A DNA stretch of 64,000 nt, taken from NCBI GenBank assembly GCA_041658885.1, contig JBAZZJ010000002.1:14649-78648 (forward strand). Direction: 5' to 3'. The stretch is from Minisyncoccota bacterium (GTDB taxonomy: Bacteria > Patescibacteriota > Minisyncoccia > Phycocordibacterales > 21-14-all-36-13). A program made the position numbers and the translations under genes. Below the pieces are notes generated by a model that was not told the origin of the DNA, did no database searches, and worked only from the letters and a program-made list of their open reading frames with translations. Below are positions 44,601 through 51,495 of this stretch, one piece after another. Positions within the stretch are counted from its first letter, which is position 1; every line of letters starts with the position of its first letter.

Positions 44601-47600
44601 CAACAGGAAACTGGACAGGTACATTTGATAATCAAGAGGGAAGTTATTATCTAGATGCAAGAAATTTAACAAACTTCGGAAGTCCCTTTTATACATATTT
44701 TAGTGCAACAACAACAGATGCATTAACTCAAGGTTCAACTAATAAATACTGGTCTCAAACTTTATTTGATAATGCCCTTACTGCGACAACAACTCTACCC
44801 AAAATTACTGCATTAACTTCGTTGTCAATCACAAAGAGTCAAGTCAGTGATTTTGGAACATATGAAAATCCACTAACATTTAATTATCCATTATCAAGAA
44901 GTGTTAATGCAATTTCAACAGTAGCAACTTCATCACTCGGACTTTTGGTAGGTTCTTTTGCCTCACCAAACATCTCACAATGGACAAATAATTCAAATTA
45001 TATAGCTTTGACTAATTTATCCGCCACAAATCCTATAACCTACAATAATGGAACTGGTGCAATAGGGTGGACTAATTCAAATAACTATATTGCTCTTACA
45101 GATTTGTCGGCAACCTATCCAATTATAAAAACAAGTGGAGTGTTCAGCACGGGTTTTGGAACAACAACAACAAATATTTTTTCTGCATTAAACACTTTTG
45201 CTAATGCTACCACCACTCTTTTAACTGCACCCGATGTTTGGATTACAAAACTTCGCAATCTTACCTCTAATGGTTTTATAAAAACATCTGGTGGCGACGG
45301 GACATTAAGTATTGATACAAATACATATCTAACAACGGTAGGTTCGGGAACAAACGGAAATTTAGCTTATTGGAATGGGACTAATACTTTAACAGGAGTA
45401 GCTACGACCACACTCACAGCAACGGCACCAATGACACTATCTCAACCAATTTCTGTTATAGGTTCAAGTGCTTCAGTTTTAACTTGTGCCACTGCCTCTG
45501 GTTCAGTGTCGGGATGTCTTTCATCAACAGATTGGACTACATTTAATAATAAAGGAAGTGGAACCATTACCTCAATAGCTACTAATAATGGATTGACAGG
45601 TGGAACTATTACAACATCAGGAACGATAGGATTAAATACTGCAGGATTTTCTACAAATGCTCTTCTAACTTGGAATGGTTCAAATCTCGTAGCAACGGGA
45701 ACACCTGCATTGACGGCTGGATACTTTATAGCTACGACAACAACTGCGACATCAACATTTGCTGGGGGACTAACCGCAGGTTCTAATTCCGCACTTGTTG
45801 TTGAAAGTGGAGCTACCGCCAATAGTTTATATGTTAAAACAAATGGCAACGTCGGTATCGGGACGGTGAGTCCTGGAGAGAAGTTGGATGTTGTTGGAGT
45901 AGTTAAGATTGAAACCGGGACTGGTGCAACTACTTATGCTAATAGAGAAGCAGTGTTGAACTTCGGTGCAGCAAACTACCTCACTACATATCGGAATAGA
46001 ATAACGAATAGTATTTCCTCTACACTTGCAGATGCGACGATGAATTTTGAAGTTACAAATGGTGCTTCAACATATGCTTCTGTTATGACTTTAACAGGAG
46101 CTGGCAACGTCGGCATCGGGACGACCAGTCCATACGCAAAACTATCAATTGAAGGAACATCTGCTTTAGGAAACTCCGCACTTGCTGGATATTTCATTGC
46201 GACTACAACAACTGCTACATCAACTTTTGCAGGAGGTTTAACTGCGGGAACGAACAATGCTTTAACAGTTGAAGGTGGTGCTACTGCTAATAGTTTATAT
46301 GTTAAGACAAATGGAAATGTCGGCATCGGGACGACGGTTCCTGGTCTAATTCTTGAAGTTAAAGCAGGAACAGGAAGTAACTATCCTGCTGGTTTCACTA
46401 CGAGTGATTGGGTCTCTGGGACAACAGGATCGCGCTTAGCATTCGGATTCGGGGCGAATACTGGGAACACATACGCAACACTTAATGCGCAAACAGCAGG
46501 GGGCTCAGTCTCAACGGGGAGTCTTGTGTTAGCGAATCTCGGAGGCAACGTCGGCATCGGGACGACGGCTCCAGGGTATCAACTGACAGTCAAAGCACCA
46601 GTAACGCAGGATACAAATATCTCTTTAGATAATACGAGTTCTGGTAGCCGATGGTTAGTTCAACAAAAAGTGAGCGGAGATTTTGCCATTGTGGGTGCTG
46701 GTGAATACTTACGGATTTTAAATACTTCCGGCAACGTCGGCATCGGGGATGCGGCTCCATCGTTTAAATTGGATGTAGAATCAAGTTTAGATAATTGGGT
46801 AGCAAGCATAAAAAATACAAGAACAAGTGATATTTACGGAAGAGGACTTTATGTTGAAGGAGGGAGTACTAGTACAGATTTTTTGTTTCAGGTAAATGCA
46901 GCTGGTACGGAAAGATTAGTAATAAAGGGCAACGGCAACGTCGGCATCGGGACGACGACACCTATCTCCACCCTCTCAGTTCAAGGTTCATTGTGTGTTC
47001 GTGATACAGGAAGTTGTGGTACAACCGCAGGAACTATTTATGCGACAACAGCTACAATAACAGACATAGACCTTGCTGAAAATTATTTAACCAATGACCA
47101 AACAATTGAAGCAGGTGAAATTGTATCTTTGGACTTAAGTAATCCTGAATTTATAAAAAGAGCAGAAACAGGAGAAAAATTACTTGGGGTAATTTCAACA
47201 AAGCCAGGTATACTTCTCGGACAAGAAATTAAAAATGGAAAGCCGATAGCTCTAAAGGGTAGAGTGCCAGTAAAAGTAAATTCAGATGGAGGAGATATAT
47301 TTATAGGAGATAAAATTACAATATCGAGTGTTTCAGGGGTTGGTATGAAGGCAAACAAAACTTCTCAGACGATAGGCACCGCTCTAGAACCGTTTATTGG
47401 AGGTGGAACAAGTTCAATTATGGTAAATGTTGAAAATGAATTCACTTTCTCTCAATTAGATTTCTTTGTTGATTCCAACGGCAACGTCGGTATCGGCACA
47501 TCAACTCCAGAATACAAATTGCATGTTGTCGGAGAAATAGCGGCGCAGTCATTTATAAACATTTCAACTCGCGATGAAAAAGAGGACATTTCATACTACG

Positions 47601-48661
47601 ATGATTCTGATTATGAATCAGCGCTTGAAAAAATTTCAGGAATGAAAGTTGCAACATACAATTATAAAAAAGGTCCTTATGGGAGTGAGATGGTTAGAAA
47701 TGGTTTTGGTTTTGGATTTGGATTTGACGGAAATATAGGAATGGGTGATAGCGCTGGTGCTATCGTTAACACAGAAACAGGAGAAACTATTAATTTAGAA
47801 ACAGGAATGATGACAACCCGCTATCTCGGTTTGATTGCAGAAGAAGCTCCGGCGGAAGTTTTGTCAGTAGACGGAAAAGGGGTTGATTTATATAAATTAA
47901 CAACGCTCACACTTTCGGCCGTGAAAGCACTGGACATTCGTTTAGACGAACTCTCGGCTCGTATGAATGCTTTTGGTTTTGGAGAAGCAACTTCAACAGA
48001 TTCAGTTAGTTCAGGCTCAACGATAATTGACTCACTTCTCGCATTTCTTGAAAAGTTGGGTGTGAAGATTACAGACGGACTTGCTTCTTTCAAAGGGCTT
48101 GTTGTAAATACACTCAAGGTTGGTTCAAAAGAATTGCCGAGCGGTATTACACTTTATGACGAGAAGACAGGCGAACCGTATTGTTTGAAAATTAAAAATG
48201 GAGTAGTGGTTTCTTCAGCGGGGGAATGTGCTAATTCTGCTTCTGCTTCTGCTTCCAGCGGTTCAACCGTTGATATTAATTCCGACGGCTCCGCCTCTGG
48301 CTCCGCCGGACAAAGTACGACAACTCCTGTAATTACACTTATCGGAAACAATCCTGCAGAGATTGAAAAGGGAACAACATTCGTAGACCCTGGAGCAACA
48401 GCTGTAGATTCAAAAGGACAATCATTAATGCCAGACATAATTGAAAACACAGTTGATACGTCGATGACCGGTGAATATAAAGTTGTTTGGTCAGTTAATG
48501 ACAGCGAATCAAATTATGCAAGTACGACCAGAAGGGTAATTGTTATTGACCCAAATACGACAGAAAATACGACAGAAACTACCACAACAACCTCGATAAA
48601 TCCAGAGCAAGCCACTTCGACAAGTTCAGAGCAAACAGCAACATCAACAGAATCTCAATAA
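41603..48661 (+). CDS. giant (2352 aa) membrane-anchored fibre protein: N-terminal tandem HTH-like repeats, one TM helix, tail-fibre-like repeat region, endosialidase-chaperone (peptidase S74)-like segment, terminal Ig-like domain
   Basis: YITTKSASELTNYTSDYVGQLSRS / YISTKKASELTGYTSDYVGQISRS; TM helix VVALCLAITVILGPYAF; seven NGNVGIGT-type motifs; YLGLIAEEAPAEV...LYKLTTLTLSAVKALDIRLDEL; PVITLIGNNPAEIEKGTTFVDPGATAVD. Confidence 0.85.
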   Translation: MKDEIFIKGEKYITTKSASELTNYTSDYVGQLSRSNKIKSTMIGHTRYVCEDDILNYGENGGVLINDKKYISTKKASELTGYTSDYVGQISRSGIIKSKLVGKTKFVEEIEILEYAKKFGRTNFIENNLNEEEKDTLAKKIIGDKKEKNFVKTKDVKYFDDNFSLIPELKKDREGFSKEKYLSEQTKKIISPFEKPTSFASDALFKKVVALCLAITVILGPYAFMQTPYAEASQEKLKSLANNVYEIGSEVIEKINNDGVIILITDSIAYTKNVLKDKTKSLAVNTASVILSANVQKTSFSIKNFAKKIYVSINSLFGKNEIDENIELVQSDNLVSKTPSSPSSPSSPSLSDLPLTKTVVIEGPTRIVERILEKQSIVSGISKEELESKIQQLDNKLSSKIYAVSSGTPNSVQTVYQMVSQTNKIDKLVSGVEIVSPAITGGTLKDTIVTGSTFSGTTMSGSTLTLTGGATVGGQLIVSGISTSTIAGDTNFDTGTLFIDSLNNRIGIGTSTPQYALDIVGTLNVSSIVTSAGETIGGNLDITGNTTLGNATTSDKTYFNSRIGTSLIPTIDNVLDIGDSSNWLRWRSGFFGTSVGIGGTSTSTGSSLLSSGVYTIDSINGILFNTTNNASTTFGTGLVTLPNLSGTNATTTNSTSTNLYSSTLVAGNATTTNFYTSIFNAVSGIFSNLITTTFTATNSTTTNATSTTLAITNTATTSNLIVSNDTTISSLTPSRLVSLNSSRKLTNTDLFSWVSGTTNQITITDDSDGTITLSLPQNIHTSANPTFNNLTLTGTLNTTGLSSFTQASTTRLSVFDTLYVGGTSTTTITQSAINIPTGGNYQINGTSVLSATVLGSGVLSSSLTSVGTLSSLTIGGTLAMGANNITSTGSLGATGARILKGWFTDLESTNAIVGSITGNAATVTTNANLTGPITSVGNATAIASQTGTGTKFVVDTSPTLITPQLGYASSTQLSIGSDYITDINGTGLTLSAGGVLSLNATGNWTGTFDNQEGSYYLDARNLTNFGSPFYTYFSATTTDALTQGSTNKYWSQTLFDNALTATTTLPKITALTSLSITKSQVSDFGTYENPLTFNYPLSRSVNAISTVATSSLGLLVGSFASPNISQWTNNSNYIALTNLSATNPITYNNGTGAIGWTNSNNYIALTDLSATYPIIKTSGVFSTGFGTTTTNIFSALNTFANATTTLLTAPDVWITKLRNLTSNGFIKTSGGDGTLSIDTNTYLTTVGSGTNGNLAYWNGTNTLTGVATTTLTATAPMTLSQPISVIGSSASVLTCATASGSVSGCLSSTDWTTFNNKGSGTITSIATNNGLTGGTITTSGTIGLNTAGFSTNALLTWNGSNLVATGTPALTAGYFIATTTTATSTFAGGLTAGSNSALVVESGATANSLYVKTNGNVGIGTVSPGEKLDVVGVVKIETGTGATTYANREAVLNFGAANYLTTYRNRITNSISSTLADATMNFEVTNGASTYASVMTLTGAGNVGIGTTSPYAKLSIEGTSALGNSALAGYFIATTTTATSTFAGGLTAGTNNALTVEGGATANSLYVKTNGNVGIGTTVPGLILEVKAGTGSNYPAGFTTSDWVSGTTGSRLAFGFGANTGNTYATLNAQTAGGSVSTGSLVLANLGGNVGIGTTAPGYQLTVKAPVTQDTNISLDNTSSGSRWLVQQKVSGDFAIVGAGEYLRILNTSGNVGIGDAAPSFKLDVESSLDNWVASIKNTRTSDIYGRGLYVEGGSTSTDFLFQVNAAGTERLVIKGNGNVGIGTTTPISTLSVQGSLCVRDTGSCGTTAGTIYATTATITDIDLAENYLTNDQTIEAGEIVSLDLSNPEFIKRAETGEKLLGVISTKPGILLGQEIKNGKPIALKGRVPVKVNSDGGDIFIGDKITISSVSGVGMKANKTSQTIGTALEPFIGGGTSSIMVNVENEFTFSQLDFFVDSNGNVGIGTSTPEYKLHVVGEIAAQSFINISTRDEKEDISYYDDSDYESALEKISGMKVATYNYKKGPYGSEMVRNGFGFGFGFDGNIGMGDSAGAIVNTETGETINLETGMMTTRYLGLIAEEAPAEVLSVDGKGVDLYKLTTLTLSAVKALDIRLDELSARMNAFGFGEATSTDSVSSGSTIIDSLLAFLEKLGVKITDGLASFKGLVVNTLKVGSKELPSGITLYDEKTGEPYCLKIKNGVVVSSAGECANSASASASSGSTVDINSDGSASGSAGQSTTTPVITLIGNNPAEIEKGTTFVDPGATAVDSKGQSLMPDIIENTVDTSMTGEYKVVWSVNDSESNYASTTRRVIVIDPNTTENTTETTTTTSINPEQATSTSSEQTATSTESQ
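42615..42650 (+). repeat. 9-nt in-frame tandem repeat (PSS)n
   Basis: CACCAAGTT x4. Confidence 0.85.
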
Positions 48662-48670
48662 TTAACACCC

Positions 48671-48693
48671 TGTCAAACACCCGGTGTTTGACA
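48671..48693. repeat. REP-like palindrome P1
   Basis: TGTCAAACACC-C-GGTGTTTGACA, followed by a partial copy of the promoter cassette. Confidence 0.85.
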
Positions 48694-48765
48694 ATTTTGC
48701 GATAGTTGATAAAAGAAAAATTTTTTCTGATACGCGTGATTTAAAAAGATTTATGTTAAACACCA

Positions 48766-48788
48766 TGTCAAACACCGGGTGTTTGACA
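48766..48788. repeat. REP-like palindrome P2
   Basis: TGTCAAACACC-G-GGTGTTTGACA (the central base is flipped relative to P1 and P3). Confidence 0.85.
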
Positions 48789-48812
48789 ATTTTGCGATAA
48801 AAGAAATATAAT
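48783..48812 (+). promoter_or_regulatory. consensus sigma70 promoter upstream of hicB, with its -35 inside palindrome P2
   Basis: TTGACA, 18 nt, TATAAT. Confidence 0.6.
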
Positions 48813-48848
48813 ATATGTTATGATATGATATAATATAAATATAAATAT

Positions 48849-49097
48849 ATGAAAAAGATTAAAACACAAATTAAGACTGACTACGGAATATTTCTCTGCA
48901 CATTTACACCAGATGAAGTAGGATATGTTACATTATGTCCTTCTGTTGAGGGGGTGGTAAGTTGGGGAAAGAATTTGTCCGAGGCAAAAAAAATGGTTAA
49001 AGAAGCCATTGAATTATGTATCGAAGCAAAGGTTGAAGACAATATAAAAAATGGAGTTGCCTCCAAGAGCGTCTCAATAAAAACATTAGTAGCATGA
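48849..49097 (+). CDS. hicB: HicB-family antitoxin (short form, no obvious DNA-binding domain)
   Basis: FLCTFTPDEVGYVTLCPSVEGVVSWGKNLSEAKKMVKEAIELCIE. ATGA overlap with hicA. Confidence 0.7.
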   Translation: MKKIKTQIKTDYGIFLCTFTPDEVGYVTLCPSVEGVVSWGKNLSEAKKMVKEAIELCIEAKVEDNIKNGVASKSVSIKTLVA

Positions 49098-49321
49098 GCA
49101 TTGTTCCCATCATAGTTGCAAGAGTTGTCATAACAACACTTGTTCGAGCAGGTTTTGTTGTTTTGCGTCAAAAAGGAAGTCATGTGTTTCTAAAAAACTC
49201 TATAACTCGAAAAATAACCTCTGTCCCAATGCATTCTGGAACACTCAAAAAAAGAACGCTTCTTGCTATTATTAAACAAGCCGGACTGACACTTGAGCAA
49301 TTTATTAAACTTTTACACTAA
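49094..49321 (+). CDS. hicA: HicA-family mRNA interferase toxin
   Basis: LVRAGFVVLRQKGSHVFLKN...VPMHSGTLKKRTLLAIIKQAGLTLEQF. Confidence 0.8.
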   Translation: MSIVPIIVARVVITTLVRAGFVVLRQKGSHVFLKNSITRKITSVPMHSGTLKKRTLLAIIKQAGLTLEQFIKLLH

Positions 49322-49369
49322 TTAGACTATAGATAAGAATATGGCTTGTAGCATATCAAACATCTTGTA

Positions 49370-49392
49370 TGTCAAACACCCGGTGTTTGACA
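49370..49392. repeat. REP-like palindrome P3
   Basis: TGTCAAACACC-C-GGTGTTTGACA. Confidence 0.85.
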
Positions 49393-49416
49393 ATTTTGTG
49401 ATAAAAGAAATATAAT
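49387..49416 (+). promoter_or_regulatory. consensus sigma70 promoter of the Y1 transposase gene
   Basis: TTGACA, 18 nt, TATAAT. The ATG lies only 7 nt after the -10, so the mRNA would be leaderless or nearly so. Confidence 0.6.
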
Positions 49417-49423
49417 ATATGTT

Positions 49424-50092
49424 ATGAATAGAGAAAATATCTCAGTAGATGAGCATTATCATATTTATAATAGGGGAGTTGGCAAAAAGATAATTTTCAA
49501 AGACGAAAGAGATCGGATTAGGTTTCTTTTTATAATTTTGTATTTTCAAGCAGAAAATTATTTTCCCCAAATTTCTAGAATTATTTCTTCATATGTCAAA
49601 CACCGGGTGTTTGACATAGATGATGATGTTAAAAGTCAGATAATTAAAGAAAGATTTGTGGAATTAGTTGGTTTTGTTTTAATGCCCAACCATTTTCATC
49701 TTATTGTAAAAGAAGTAAAAGAAGGAGGAATGGGTAAATATATGCAACGAGTTTTAAATTCTTATGCAAAATATTTTAATGCTCGCTATGGTGTATCTGG
49801 ACATCTTTTTGAAAGTCCCTATAAAGCAGTGCATGTTGAGGATAATGAACAGCTTTTATATCTTTCTGCTTATGTACATTTAAATCCAAAAGAATTAAAT
49901 TTGTGGAATGGGAAGGAAGACATTTTTCCTTGGTCAAGTTATCAAGATTATGTTAGAGAAAATCGTTGGGATGAAATTTTAAAAACGGAAATTATTTTTG
50001 AACAATTTAAAAACAAAGGAGAATACAAAAGTTTTGTTCAAACCAGTGGTGCAAAAGAAAAGAACGAAGAATTCAGTTTAGATTTAGATTAA
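49424..50092 (+). CDS. IS200/IS605-like Y1 (HUH) transposase of the REP-associated (RAYT) type
   Basis: YHIYNRGVGKKIIF, HUH motif LMPNHFHLIV, GHLFESPYKAV and catalytic-Tyr region LSAYVHLNP. Confidence 0.8.
   Translation: MNRENISVDEHYHIYNRGVGKKIIFKDERDRIRFLFIILYFQAENYFPQISRIISSYVKHRVFDIDDDVKSQIIKERFVELVGFVLMPNHFHLIVKEVKEGGMGKYMQRVLNSYAKYFNARYGVSGHLFESPYKAVHVEDNEQLLYLSAYVHLNPKELNLWNGKEDIFPWSSYQDYVRENRWDEILKTEIIFEQFKNKGEYKSFVQTSGAKEKNEEFSLDLD
49593..49617. repeat. REP-like palindrome P4, inside the transposase coding sequence
   Basis: ATGTCAAACACC-G-GGTGTTTGACAT, a perfect 25-nt palindrome translated in frame as YVKHRVFDI. Confidence 0.85.
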
Positions 50093-50099
50093 AAATAAA

Positions 50100-50152
50100 T
50101 GTCAAACACCGGTGTTTGACAAGTGTTTGACAAGTTTGACAACAATTTGACA
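50100..50152. repeat. REP-like palindrome P5 plus an array of TTTGACA half-sites
   Basis: TGTCAAACACCGGTGTTTGACA (50100-50121), with TTTGACA at 50115, 50126, 50135 and 50146 (spacings 11, 9, 11). Confidence 0.8.
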
Positions 50153-50153
50153 T

Positions 50154-50176
50154 AAAAGCCCCTATTAGGGGCTTTT
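50154..50176. terminator. bidirectional terminator between convergent genes
   Basis: AAAAGCCCCTA-T-TAGGGGCTTTT. Confidence 0.8.
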
Positions 50177-50180
50177 AAAG

Positions 50181-51368
50181 TTAATTCGTGTCTTTTATTG
50201 AGAGGGAATATTTTAGTCCGAGCAGAACAAAAATTCCAGTGGCTAAAAATATATATTTTAAATCAAAAAATATTAAAAATACACTTCCAAATATCGGAGC
50301 GATTAGATAAGCAATTGGTCCGGCCATTCTAAAAAAAGTTAGAATATCAGTATCGGAACTATCTGTATTTTTAAAAAAGTAAGTTTCACTCATTGATTCT
50401 ATCATCGCGGCTCCGATTCGCGTGCTGAACAAAACTAATGACCAAACAATTAAACTCGAACTAGTTATATAAGAAACAATCATCGTTGTAATCGCTAAAA
50501 TAATAAAACCAATGTTTAGGATTTCTTTTTCCCCGAATTTGCTGTCAGATAATTTACCAAGAGGGTATTCCAAAAGCAGGTAGGCAAACATTGCTACGGT
50601 TAACATAATACCCATTGAATTGAAATTGAAACCTATATGATTAAGCAAATACATTGGGGTATATATAACCATTATTGCAAAAAATACTCTCATTATTATA
50701 CTAACTACAAAAATATTTTTTATATCTTTGTTTTTTCTAAATCGCCCAAATGTCTTCCAAAATTTTAATCTTTTATATTCTGGATCTCTAAACTTTCTGA
50801 AATTTGAACTGAGTAAAAATACTACAGGGATAAGAAAGACAAGAGATATCAAATATGCTTTCCAGTAATATCCTTTTCCAACTAAAAACCCAGCCAAAAC
50901 AGGAACAATTACCCAGGCAAGATTGTTCATAGTTAAATACGCTCCTCTTATGGCACCGGTTTTTTGATCTTTTGAATTGTGCTCAAGCAGAACATCTACA
51001 TTCATTCCGAATGTAAGATTAAAGATAAAGTGCACAAAAAAAGCCAGAATTATAAAAATCAATTTATTGAAAACAACCATACCAACAATTGCGAATATTT
51101 CAAGAAGAATCAAAGACATCATCGTTCTATAATCGCCGAATTTTTCAATAGACTTTGTTGCGGCTATAATTCCAAGAATTGCCAAAAAAGATCCTACCGC
51201 AAATACAATTCCAACAAACTGTTCACCTATAAAACCAGAGAGAAATGAAGAATTTATATATAAAGGTATCCCAATATGTAAGACCAAAAATATTGCAATC
51301 AGATTTATTATCCAAAGAGAATTCTTCTTTAAATCCCTGAAATCAAAGTTTTTTATTATTTCTTTCAT
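50181..51368 (-). CDS. MFS transporter
   Basis: 395 aa with about 12 hydrophobic helices in a 6+6 arrangement and a basic central loop. Confidence 0.75.
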   Translation of the reverse strand: MKEIIKNFDFRDLKKNSLWIINLIAIFLVLHIGIPLYINSSFLSGFIGEQFVGIVFAVGSFLAILGIIAATKSIEKFGDYRTMMSLILLEIFAIVGMVVFNKLIFIILAFFVHFIFNLTFGMNVDVLLEHNSKDQKTGAIRGAYLTMNNLAWVIVPVLAGFLVGKGYYWKAYLISLVFLIPVVFLLSSNFRKFRDPEYKRLKFWKTFGRFRKNKDIKNIFVVSIIMRVFFAIMVIYTPMYLLNHIGFNFNSMGIMLTVAMFAYLLLEYPLGKLSDSKFGEKEILNIGFIILAITTMIVSYITSSSLIVWSLVLFSTRIGAAMIESMSETYFFKNTDSSDTDILTFFRMAGPIAYLIAPIFGSVFLIFFDLKYIFLATGIFVLLGLKYSLSIKDTN

Positions 51369-51487
51369 CCCGTTAGAAGCAGGTCGCGGTCAGCTATATT
51401 CTGCTAGATTAAATTGTTAATTTGAAATACTTTTTTCCTTATTATTATAAGTCCTGTTTTGAAACCGTGACCGCGGCTTCTAACGGG
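51369..51487 (-). repeat. inverted-repeat element, family C copy 3, filling the rnj-MFS intercistronic gap
   Basis: CCCGTTAGAAGCAGGTCGCGGTC ... GACCGCGGCTTCTAACGGG. On the coding (-) strand it reads ATGGA-T-CCCG...CGGG-ATGAA, with the last ATG being the MFS start. Confidence 0.7.
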
Positions 51488-51495
51488 ATCCATAT

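Noticed and set aside
42735-48450. Numerous 60-140-aa ORFs antisense to, or out of frame within, the giant gene (for example 42862-43281, 45442-45849, 45976-46326).
   Set aside because: They are typical shadow ORFs of a long, compositionally biased (T/S/G/N-rich, locally GC-richer) coding region. They have no independent start or SD signals.
50979-51248. Plus-strand ORF inside the MFS transporter gene.
   Set aside because: It is antisense to a long hydrophobic coding region, has no SD, and its composition (K/N/H-rich) is typical of a reverse-frame artefact.
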